From: Yuukianura sp. NJ FZ-2021
Taxonomy: Eukaryota
Direction: 5' to 3'
Length of the DNA: 64,000 nt
NCBI GenBank assembly: GCA_046563655.1
Contig: CM102288.1
Span: 2,356,001-2,420,000, forward strand
The position numbers and the translations under genes were made by a program. Of the stretch, positions 13,257 through 24,139 are shown piece by piece. The notes below the pieces were generated by a model. The model did no database searches. It had not been told where the DNA came from and saw only the letters and a list, made by a program, of their open reading frames with translations. Within the stretch, counting starts at the first letter, position 1, and every line of letters starts with the position of its first letter.

Positions 13257-13973
13257 ATGGAGGTCAAGGTCATCCTTGCCGCCGTGTCACTGGTAACAAT
13301 TGGCAGTATTTGCCAGTACTCCTGGCCTAACCTAATCACTATTCTTTTAATTCCGCAGTCTTTTGGAGGAATTCTGCTCGTTATGGGTTCCGTTATGGCT
13401 CGTTCGACAGGATTCGTTGACACACAGATTCAACAAAGCTCGCCCAATTGGACTCAAGCGAGTGACAAAAGATACAAGAACAACTACAACGGTGTACAGG
13501 TTGCTAACTTCGTCGCTATTGGCTGTGCTGTTGTCCACATCGTAGCATTTGTTATGGTAAAAACATAAAGTGATGAGTATGTTAACCTTTGACCTAACTT
13601 TTCTTTTGCTATAGGTTTGCGTCAAAGATGACCTTTGGCTGCAGTGGGCGGATGTTCACTTTGCCACTAGCATACTGGCACTCAGTGCTGGAATTGTGGC
13701 AACAATTTTCCAAGCGTATGCTTTCGTGCCAGCGCTTGGCAGTTCTATTCGTATGACTCTACACCCATAAGCATCCGAATGTTTAGAATTGACGTTAATT
13801 TTGTGATTGTTGTAACTATAGAGAAAGCTACTGTTACGAACGAAAAAGGATGGTCGAATCTGTTCGGCCAAGGCTACTGGGGCACGGGGTTCATCGTCGT
13901 CGCTGCAATTGACGCCATATTTTCAGCTGGCTGTGCTGTCGGTACGATTATCGTTACTTTGATGGAGGACTAA
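13257..13973 (+). CDS. Uncharacterised 4-TM membrane protein, paralog B
   Basis: MEVKVILAAVSL|SFGGILLVMGSV...YKNNYNGVQ...AFVM|VCVKDDLWLQW...GYWGTGF; same exon layout as A. Confidence 0.85.
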
Positions 13974-14049
13974 AAACATAAGTTATAAAAAAGAGACAAA
14001 TAAAGTTGAATTTTTGAATTCTAAAAAGTGAAAGTTGTTTTCACTAGTC

Positions 14050-14064
14050 GTTTCTAGGGACAAC
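14050..14064 (+). promoter_or_regulatory. X-box-like (RFX) motif upstream of paralog C
   Basis: GTTTCTAGGGACAAC, about 210 bp before the ATG. Confidence 0.55.
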
Positions 14065-14272
14065 CCGTAGGTCACTCTAAGTTTTTGTTAGATTTGAAGG
14101 TCATCTTTTTTTGAATGTCCTACAATTCAAAAAAAAAAGTTTGCTATTCAGCGATTTTCTAAAAGCAGCTTTCTTCGGTATTGCTTCGATTCGATTCGTC
14201 GATTTCTCGTCGAGTTTTGGTTTTCGCGTAAAACAGACTCTGTGATTGGTTGATCATTAGTCGGTCGGAACA

Positions 14273-15118
14273 ATGAAACTCAAATCGATACTTGCTTCCG
14301 TGTCGCTGGTAAGTCTTCGCAACTTTCTAACTTCGTAAATCCGCGTGACCTCGTAAAAACCTGCTAACCTTGTAACTCCGCATGACCTCGTAACTTCTAG
14401 TGACCTCGTAAACGTCTCGTAACCCCAGAACTCATTCAGTATTTGCTTAATTGCGCAGTGTTTCGGAGGAACTCTGCTTGTTTTGAGTAGTCTTTTGGTG
14501 CAAACGACAGTGGACACTAGAAGCGAAGTATTGCGTGATGGCGGAGGGAAGGGGTGGACTAAAGACGTAGACAACAGATACTGGGACAACTACTACGGTG
14601 TCCAGTCTGCTTATGCCCTCGCTCTTGTTGCTTCGATTCTCCAGATTGCGGCTTTTGCCATAGTAAGCTTGAGCTAAAGCAGGTTAATCTAAATTAACTA
14701 ATTTCAATTAACAATTAACCTACAAACATATACTTTTGTCCAGGTTGCCGTTAGAGATGACTGGTGGCACAGTTGGGCTGGACTTCACGTTTTCGCAATC
14801 TTGCTAGCAATCACCGCTTGTATCGTCGCCATTGCTTACAAAGTTCAGACGCCACCTCGTGATAAATTTGTTAACGGTTAGTGTTGAACACGTATTTGTA
14901 ATTAATCAAGTAATTAAAATTAGAGTGTAATTGAATTTTGAATTTTGCATTCCGGGTGTTTAGAACTAGATCTTGTCAAGGATCTGAAGGAGGATTGGCA
15001 CAATGCGTTCAATGCTGGGTTTTGGGGCGTTACGTTCATCGTCATCGGTGCTTTTGACGCCATGTTTTCAATTGGCGCCACCGCCGCTGTTTACTTGGTC
15101 AAAGAACGAAAATCGTAA
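14273..15118 (+). CDS. Uncharacterised 4-TM membrane protein, paralog C
   Basis: MKLKSILASVSL|CFGGTLLVLSS...YWDNYYGVQSAYALAL|VAVRDDWWHSW...AGFWGVTF; same exon layout. Confidence 0.85.
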
Positions 15119-15340
15119 AAGAATTTAAGAATTCTGAAACTCCCGGTTTGTACGGATTTCAAAAACGTTTTATACTCAACTCGCTGCTTATAAATGGACA
15201 ATTTATTATTAAAAGTAATTTCAAACCGATTCCACCTATCTTTTTCTGATTGATTGATCATGTTTTTGGAAAATCTCAATTCCATGAATTGAAATTTTGA
15301 AACTGACGAGCTAAAAACTGAAATCTATTTTTCATCAATG

Positions 15341-15404
15341 GTTTCTGAGGACAACTTGCAAGTGATTGTTGTTTAGTGTTTGTTAGTTATGAGGTCAATG
15401 ACCT
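15341..15404 (+). promoter_or_regulatory. X-box-like motif plus perfect IR1 nuclear-receptor palindrome upstream of paralog D
   Basis: GTTTCTGAGGACAAC at 15341-15355 and AGGTCAATGACCT at 15392-15404. Confidence 0.55.
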
Positions 15405-15582
15405 CATCTCAGTTTGTTTCATTTTTGTGTCGAAAAATTTCAAAAAGATTTGAGAGTTATTCAGCGTTTGACCTCCACCAAGTCCGACCTCTTCTTTGTA
15501 TCGCTTGGCTCGATTTGTCGTCCAATTTTGGTTCTTGCGTAAAACAGAGGCTGGTGATTGCTGATCATCACTGATCGGATCA

Positions 15583-16325
15583 ATGGAAACCAAACTGATC
15601 CTTGCCGCCGTGTCACTGGTAAAATATAGCCAGTATACTTGATAGAATCATAATTGCAGTCAGCGATTGATTTTAGTCTTTTATTCAAGGCCTTCGGAGT
15701 GACTCTACTGGTTATGTCTTCAGTGCTGATTCGCCATACACAATATTCTGACAAACCATATCGCGCTCGTATCGATGCAATGAAAAGTTCGGGTGTAAAG
15801 CTGTCGGAAGGGCTAAAGGAATACGAAGATAACTACAATGGTGTCCAGGCTGCTTACTCCCTCGCTCTGATTGCTGCGCTTCTTCAGATCCTGTCTTTTG
15901 TCATGGTAAATGAACCAAGTTCACTTATGGTAAAAGTTGTTAGTTTTTCATTTTTAAGAAACGCTTTTTCTTGTTAGGTTTGCGTCAAAGATGACTTGTG
16001 GCTTCCGTGGACTGGAATTCACGTTGGTGCTTTCGTATTTACACTCATCGCTTGCATTGTCGCAATTTGCTACAAGGTTCAGACGTCACCTGACTCTGGT
16101 AAGTACTGGTACAGTTTTAGTAATTATCATGAGTATAATGTGGAAGTTCAAGTTTAATTACTAATTGAATTGAATAATTATGAATATTTTAAAATAATAG
16201 AATCTAGCGGGACGTGGCAGAATGTGTTTTATGCTAGTTTTTGGGGTCTCGCTTTCGTCATCGTCGTTGCATTTGACGCCATTTTTTCAATCGCCGCTGC
16301 CATCGGAGCGTTCATGATCAAGTAA
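15583..16325 (+). CDS. Uncharacterised 4-TM membrane protein, paralog D
   Basis: METKLILAAVSL|AFGVTLLVMSSV...YEDNYNGVQAAYSLAL|VCVKDDLWLPW...ASFWGLAF; same exon layout. Confidence 0.85.
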
Positions 16326-16615
16326 AGCAGAAGTCTAATCCAAATCAAACTTTTTAAAATTTCAACAAGATTTTCACACAAAAACAAACCTATTCGAAAT
16401 GTCTAACTTTTCCTTACACCACTTGACGTGTATTACGCAAAATTTCAACATTTTGTTTTTTGAAAAGTAAATGTCTAAATTGCTACTGTTTCGACAGTAA
16501 TTTTGAATTTTTTTATTTTATTGTATGTTGAATTGGTTAATAAATCTTGAATTGCGTACAGAAATGCTCTAGCACCTATTTTAACCGAGTGATGATAGAA
16601 TACTTTTCATCAATG

Positions 16616-16689
16616 GTTTCTGAGGACAACTGTACTAAAGTAGTAGATCGCTGTTGTTAAATTTTTGTTAGGTCAAAGGTCACTGACCT
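16616..16689 (+). promoter_or_regulatory. X-box-like motif plus overlapping DR1/IR1 nuclear-receptor sites upstream of paralog E
   Basis: GTTTCTGAGGACAAC at 16616-16630 and AGGTCAAAGGTCACTGACCT at 16670-16689. Confidence 0.55.
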
Positions 16690-16869
16690 CTTTCGTCACT
16701 TTGAGTGTCAAAAACTTGAAGAAAAAACTTTGGCTTTTTAGGCTATCGTTGCTAAGCAGCTATCGGCTCGGCATCGTTCGCTCCGATCCGTCGTACACTT
16801 TTTTCCGGCTTAAGTATACAGACGTAAAACGGAAACTGATCCACCAATCACTGATCTCCACTCGGAGCA

Positions 16870-17703
16870 ATGGACACCAAACTCGTTTTTGCCGCTGTGT
16901 CACTGGTAAGACCTCGTCAGTTGTCCTGGACAGCTAGATTTCCAGATCATACTTTCTGAAACATTAGACCTGACCTAAGGAATGGACTATTCCACTGATC
17001 CGCCGATACTGAATCTTCTGACTCCAAATCAGCGGAACATTCTCTCCCTAAGGTTAATTTTGATTGTAATTTGTTCCAGGGCCTTGGAATGACTCTAGTG
17101 GTTTTGACTTCAGTGCTCATTTGCGAAAACAAAGTTAAAATGGACAGTCAATTCAGCACACGTAACAAATGGTTTGGTCCATTCCATGGAGAAATAAGAG
17201 ACAACTACTATGGTGTCCAATGTTCTTATGCCTTGGGACTGATTTGTGCTTTGCTTCAAATCATGGCTTTTATTGTCGTATGAAACCTACTCTAACTTTG
17301 TCAAATATCAACTTAACCTTTGACCTTTGAACTCTCATTTTGATTTAGCTTACGGTCAAGTCTTACCAGTGGACTGCTTTTGGCGCAATCCACCTTGTTA
17401 CGTTCTTACTTGGACTCATTTCGCTCATCCTCGCATGGATTTACCAGGTTTACGTACAGTTTGATCGTGATGGTAAGATTTACAAAAATATGTTATGGAT
17501 TACTTTAGCCAATTGAATAAGTTTAGTTAACTTTTAGCATTTTCCAATGTTAATGTTAAAATTTAGACAAAATCGATGCCAAGTGGACGAACCACTACAA
17601 AGCTGGCTACTGGGGCGTCGCCTTCATCGCCGTCATTGCACTTGACGTCTTCTTGTCACTCGTTTGTGCCATCGCGGGTTTAATGGCGTCGCGATTAGAC
17701 TGA
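16870..17703 (+). CDS. Uncharacterised 4-TM membrane protein, paralog E
   Basis: MDTKLVFAAVSL|GLGMTLVVLTSV...RDNYYGVQCSYALGL|LTVKSYQW...AGYWGVAF; same exon layout. Confidence 0.85.
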
Positions 17704-18143
17704 TTTAGCTGAAACGAAAATGGCGGGAAATTTTCAAACTCCGTTTTCCAAGAATTTCAAAATGTCGCATTCCTATTTTCCCGAATAAACTATGTACTAT
17801 TGCAAACCCAAAATAAAAGTTTTTCGAAAATTTTGTGCTTCTTTAAAAGTTAACGTTTTTTCTGTAGTTTTATACGTTTTGACCATTTCTTTCAAGTTTT
17901 GAGCAAATTGCGAAACTCTGGAAATCCATGAAGCGTGGGAACCATTTTTGTTTCGGAACTCAAAATTTTAAGTGATCTGGATCATGTCATAATTAATTTT
18001 CTAATTTTTATGGTCACGTGATACAAAATTTGTTTCTGGAGCATGACAAGTTGAAATTTTGTTAGTTGACATTCCCAGTTAACTTAAATCTTGACACGGA
18101 AGTCTATCCACTTTTAGTCACTTTGAAAATTGAAATTTTGAAA

Positions 18144-19887
18144 ATGGGCGACATTTCAATTTTGAAAAGAATTCAAATTGCAGTTTTAGCTCTGCTTATC
18201 TTCATATCATTTCCATTGATATTTTTAAGTTTCATTCCAATTTTCGTTTTGCGTTACTTGACCAGTTTGCTCAAACGTGTTCTGCGTCCTGACCTTGGAA
18301 ATCTGCTGACCGCTCGTTCGTGCATATTTGCTATAGATGACCTCTGGACAAATCCGAACGGTACCATCGTTGTGTTCAATATTTTTCAAGGTCACATGAC
18401 CCTTGACACTGTTCGATCAACTTTCAAAACGAGGGTACTTAAGGGCTCCAAAACCGGAAGCTGCATTTACCCCGAACTGCTGCAGTACCCCTCTACCTGG
18501 ATGGGGTTCCATGTCTGGGTACCGGAGGCTAACTTTGACATAGATCAGCATATTAAGCTCTATGACGGTCCGGTGACGGTGGACGGATGGACGGATTCCG
18601 TCATGACTGACGTCATCAACGAACTGTGTCATAGACCGTACACTAACGGTAAAAGTCCGTGGGAAATGTATCTGATACCGAGTTGTGGATCCGGCGATAC
18701 CGAAAACAAATGGGCTCTGATTATAAGAATTCATCACTGTCTTGCCGACGGTTACAGTGTGTTGAAACTGTTCGAAACTGCCCTAGATGTCGACAAAAGA
18801 CGAGAAATACGGAAGTATCCGAAACGAAACTTTTTGTCGGTTTGTGTTCGTGCCATAACATTCGTTTTTAAATTTCCTTTTGATTTGGCTAAATTCCAAG
18901 TCATCCAGGATCCGATCGGTCCATGGCGCATACCGGAAGAGAAAATGTCAAAGGTCAATGCCCTATCATATACACCTAAAATTCCAATGACGCATGTCAA
19001 ACAAATCCGAGATGCGCACAAGGTGACGATTTCTGGAGTGATCATGACTGTATTCACGGGAGCTTTGCGCAGAATCATGAAAGAATCGGGCAAAGGAGTT
19101 CCGAAATCGGTGCTAGCCGTGACTCCACTTCCGATTCCTGGGCATCCGAACAAGATGAGGAATTATTTGTAAGATTATCTTAAATAAATTTAATAGTTAT
19201 ACAATTTAATTAGTTTAATTTAATTAAATATAATTAACTTGACCCTAGTTCGGGCATGGGGTCATCAATTCCCATTGGAGTTGAGGATCCGCTGGACAGA
19301 CTGCGATTGATTGAACGTGAAATCAAATCGTTCCGAAAATCGACACTCCCGCTTTTTAATTTTTTGATGTCCAAAGTACTTGGAAGTCTTTATGCAGTAT
19401 TAATCAAAAAGATTTGCAAACATAGGGGAGTTTCAGCAATTTTCACATGTTTTGCGTAAGATTTTCAAACAATTAGGTGAAAAAGCTTTTGTTTCAAGTT
19501 GAAATTACGTTTTCGGGTTTCAAAATTTTAGTGGGACACAAATTGATGCAAGATTTTATGGTGGTAGTGTCCTGCTGCTGGAATCAGCGTTTGCTGCCGG
19601 TTTCAACGGTGGCGGAGTTGGTAAAAATAGTTATTTTTTTTTCTTGGAATTAGATTTTCTAAAAGTTATAATTTCAAATTTTTAATATAAATGCGAATTT
19701 CCGTTTTTTTATGGTTCAAAATGTTTTAGGCATTGGATGTTTTGCAATCACGTGTAATGGAATTCTACGCATAGGATTTGGTTTAAATGAAGCGATTTTG
19801 TTTAATGCTCAAGCGTACACAAAACTGTTCACGGAATACGTTATGCTGGAATTGGACGCTTTGTCACAACATGGAGATACTGTTTGA
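18144..19887 (+). CDS. Wax ester synthase/diacylglycerol acyltransferase (WS/DGAT) family, copy 1
   Basis: Catalytic HHxxxDG motif (RIHHCLADG) preceded by SPWEMYLI; N-terminal TM segment; C-terminal DPLDRLRLIE region; 4 exons. Confidence 0.88.
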
Positions 19888-20145
19888 TTTTTTTGGTCAA
19901 AATTTCTGCACATTTTCAAAATTTCATTAGTTCTTGTGAGTAAATTGCGTAATTCTGGAAATCCATGTAGCGTGAGAACAATTTTTTTACGGAAGTCAAA
20001 ATTTTGTGTAATGTGATCATGTCATTAACTAATTTGTGTCTATTTTGAATTAGGATAAATTGGATTTTTGCTTAGTTGAAATTCCTGACACGAAGAGTTT
20101 AGTAAGCATAGTGTTTTCAGCTTGAAAATTTTGAATTTTTGAAAA

Positions 20146-21866
20146 ATGGGTGACATTACAATTTTGAAAAGAATTCGCATAATTGTGTCAGCTCTGTTCA
20201 TCTTTATATTTCTTCCATTGATATTTTTAAGTTTCATTCCAATTTTCGTTTTGCGCTACTTGACCAGTTTGTTTAAACGTGTCCTGCGCCCTGACCTTGG
20301 AAATTTGCTGACTGCTCGATCATGCATATTTGCTATTGATGACCTCTGGACACATCCGAACGCTACAATTGTCCAGTTGACATCGTTCGAAGGTCATCTG
20401 ACCCTGGACGCCCTTCGGTCAAGTTTCCGGGCAGGGGTACTTAAGGGCCCAAAAACCGGAAGCTGCATTTACCCCGAACTGCTGCAGTACCCCTCTACTT
20501 GGATGGGATTCCATGTTTGGGTACCGGAACTTAATTTTGACTTGAATGAACACATTAAGCACTATGACGGTCCAGTGACGGTGGACGGATGGACGGATTC
20601 CGTCATGGCTGACATCATCAACGAACTTTGTCATAGACCATACACTCACGGTAAAAGTCCTTGGGAAATGTATGTGATACCGAGTTGTTCCGGTTCGAAC
20701 GATACGAAACCCTCAAGTTCCGACAACAAAGTTCCGGAAAGCGCTCTAGTAATAAGGATTCATCACTGTCTCGCAGACGGATTCAGTTTGCTGAAATTAT
20801 GGGAAGCAATCGGATTGGTCGAGAAAAGACGACCGAAACCGACGTATCCGAAACGAAACTTTTTGTCGGTTTGTCTTCGTGCCATAACTTTTGCCTTTCA
20901 GGTTCCATTTGATATTGCAAAGTGTCAACTCATCCAGGATCGGATCGGTCCATGGCTATTACCGGAACACAAAATGTCAAAGGTCAATGCTCTTTCATAC
21001 ACTTCCAAAATTCCAATGACGTATGTCAAACAGATTCGAGATTCACACAAAGTCACGATTTCTGGAGTGATCATTACAGCTTTCACGGGAGCTTTGCGCA
21101 GAATCATGAAAGAATCGGGCAAAGGAATTCCAAAAACAGTGCAACTCATCACGGCACTTCCGATTCCGGGGAATCCGAACAAGATGAGGAATTATTTGTA
21201 AGAAAGTGAATTAAATATAACTTAATTAAATTATATAATTTATTTAATTGTAATTAATTGAATGTTATAGTTCAGGCATGGGGTTGGCAATTCCCGTTGG
21301 AAATGAGGATCCACTGGACACACTGCGAGTGATTGAACGTGATATGAAATTGTTCCGAAAATCGACACTTCCGCTTTTTAATTTTTTTGTGACCAAAGCA
21401 CTCGGAAGCCTCTACGCAGTACTTATCAAAAAATTTTGTAAACACAGTGGAGTGTCAGTACTTTTGTCAAATTTTCCGTAAGATTTCCAAAACGAAAAAA
21501 TTTTCAAAATTTGATTGCCAAACTTCAGCTTCTTGTTTTCCGGAAACTTTCAGTGGACCAACAATTGACGCGAGATTTCTTGGAATCCCGGTGCACGAAT
21601 CAACGTTTATGGTTGGTTTCAATTCGGGTGGAATTGGTAATTTCAAAATTTCAAAAAAAAAAATCTTGTTTTTTAAAAATTTTCTTAAAATTTTTTCAAA
21701 TATTTTAGGTGTGGGAGGTTTCGGAATGACGAGCAATGGCTACTTGCGACTTGGATTTGCCTTAAACGAAGCAATTTTGCCAAATGCAAAACCATACACT
21801 AAACTTTTTACGGAGTACGTATTGCTCGAACTGGATGCTTTGTCACTGCATGGAGATGGAGTTTGA
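20146..21866 (+). CDS. WS/DGAT family, copy 2
   Basis: RIHHCLADG, SPWEMY, SNFPGP; close paralog of copy 1 with the same introns. Confidence 0.88.
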
Positions 21867-22427
21867 CCTTGTATGACCTGGGAATTCCAAACCTCAACTT
21901 TCACATAGTGAGGCAACAGGCAACACAATGCTATAAAGTCAAAAACTACCAAACACCTATAAACTCTTAAGTTTTCACTTCAAAATTTCGAAAGAAAACT
22001 TTATTGAGGAAATTGTTGTCTTTTGTTAGCCTAAAACATAACATTGCATAAAGGTCAGCGTTAAGGTCACGTGTGTTAATAAAGGTCAACAGAGAGGTCA
22101 TTCTTATTCTCGCTTTATGTAGGGCATTAGAAGGTGTAAATTTTTTGAAAAATTTCGATTTTTTTAATTATGACACAATAGTTACACGGAAGTTGACCTC
22201 GCGTGTCAGCAAAACGGAATGTCTCGTTGCTAAAACTTTCTAAAAAGCTAAATTGTGACATTTTCTCATAGTTTTGGAAAAGTTACATCGTAATTTCCTT
22301 TTGTGTTCTAAAAATTTAATTGTAATTGTCAGTTACCTAACTCCATTTCCGTTTTAAACTCAATTTACTAAGACATTTTTCAATTTCCGTGTTAGTTTGA
22401 AATTGTAAGTCAAAGAAAGCACCAAAA

Positions 22428-24139
22428 ATGTGCAAACTAATCCTAAAAATTGTGCTAACAATTTTCTTGTACCTCTCACTTCCATTTCTACTTTCCTTTT
22501 TTTCGTTAATTTTGATCTTTAGGTTTTGTTTTTCCAAAATTTTGACAAAATGGGATCCTACGTTAGGAAAAATCTTGACTACACGAAGTTCTGGAGCAGC
22601 TACAGACAAAATTTACGAAACACCCACGATGACTTTAGTCACAATTTCAACTTATGAAGGAACAATTGATTTTGAAACACTTCGCACCGAATTTGAAAAT
22701 CGTGTTGTTTTTGCACGAAATGAGGCTGGTGATCTCCTTCGTCCAGAACTTAGACAGTACACTACTAGACGCTTCGGTTTTACTTTTTGGAAGTACGATC
22801 CAAATTATACGATTAACAACCATGTTAAAGTTTATGATGGACAGTTCAAAGATGTTTATGCAAAAGCTGACTGCGTCACTCCAGAAATGGTTTTGGCGGC
22901 AACCGAAGAGTTACTTTATGGTCCATTCGTATCCAAACGCTCACCGTGGGAAATGCACGTCTTTTATAATTACCGCGATTCTCCCGATTCGCCGGTTTCT
23001 ACCGCTTTGGCACTCCGAATCCATCATGTCCTCGGTAAGTTTCAAACCGGTACTCCGGTACAAACCGGTTTTGATCCAAGAGTTTTGGATTTCTTCGGAA
23101 TTGCTGATTTTGACTTTTTACAGCCGACGGATTTTCAATTCTTGGCATCACGAAGGATTTTCTGAACGAAACAACCGAAAAGCAGGACGATTCTGTTCCG
23201 CTTTTGCAAAAAGTGACAGAAGCTTTGGGTTTCTTGTTTGTAGCGCCATTTCAATTTGTTACTGAAACGCTGAATGGCAATGACCCACCAACTTGGAAAG
23301 TCGACGAACACAAAATGCGTAGAACTTTTAACTTCGGAGTTTCTCCAATGATTCCTTTGGAAAGAATCAAAGAAGTACGCAGAATCACAAAATCCGGTTT
23401 CAACGCAGTCATTTTAGAGTGTTTCACGGCAGCGTTGAGACGGTTCATGGCTGAAGCTGGACACAAAGTTCCGAAACGTGTCCATTGTATCATGCCTTTA
23501 CCGATGCGTGGACATCCTGGAAGAAAAATGAGAAATCACATGTAAAATGTCTCACTGTGCCCCAATTTATGTTTGAAACTGACCTTTGACCTCGTGTTAA
23601 TTTTTTGTTTTTAAGGACGGGATGTATCACGCCACTTCCGGTTGGCACGGAAGATCGCTTAGCGAGACTGCGCCAAATCAACCAAACATTGGTTGACCAT
23701 CGACATTCGACGTATCCAACGAATCTTTTCTACTCAATGGGATTGGCTGGCGGAATGTTCCGAAAAATGGCGAAACCATTTGCTGCCAATACGCTAACTT
23801 CTGCGCTCATGTCAAATTTCCCGGTAAGTAATTTTTTAACTTCGAAGTCAGAAAATCTAAGGTTAAAGGTCAAATTATTCCAAAATATCTAATTTTTAGG
23901 GCCCAGACAAACCTATGGCATTCAACCAGCATCCTCTGCGCAGTTCGTACTTTAGTGGCGGTCTCTTCCGTGGAACTTGCGCAATGGGCTTTTCTGGACT
24001 TAGCTGCAACGGAAACATCCGATTTGTCTTTGGAATGGACGATGCTTTAGTTTCCAGAGATACACTTCCAGCATCACTCATCGTCCAGTACTTCCTGGAA
24101 GAGCTGGAACTGCTGAAAACAACAGCTAATTTAATTTAA
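22428..24139 (+). CDS. WS/DGAT family, copy 3 (more divergent)
   Basis: SPWEMHV, RIHHVL(A)DGFS split by intron 23035-23123, MSNFP|GP. Confidence 0.85.

Noticed and set aside
18144..24139. Bacterial contamination as the source of the WS/DGAT genes
   Set aside because: The genes contain GT-AG introns of host style and are contiguous with animal genes.
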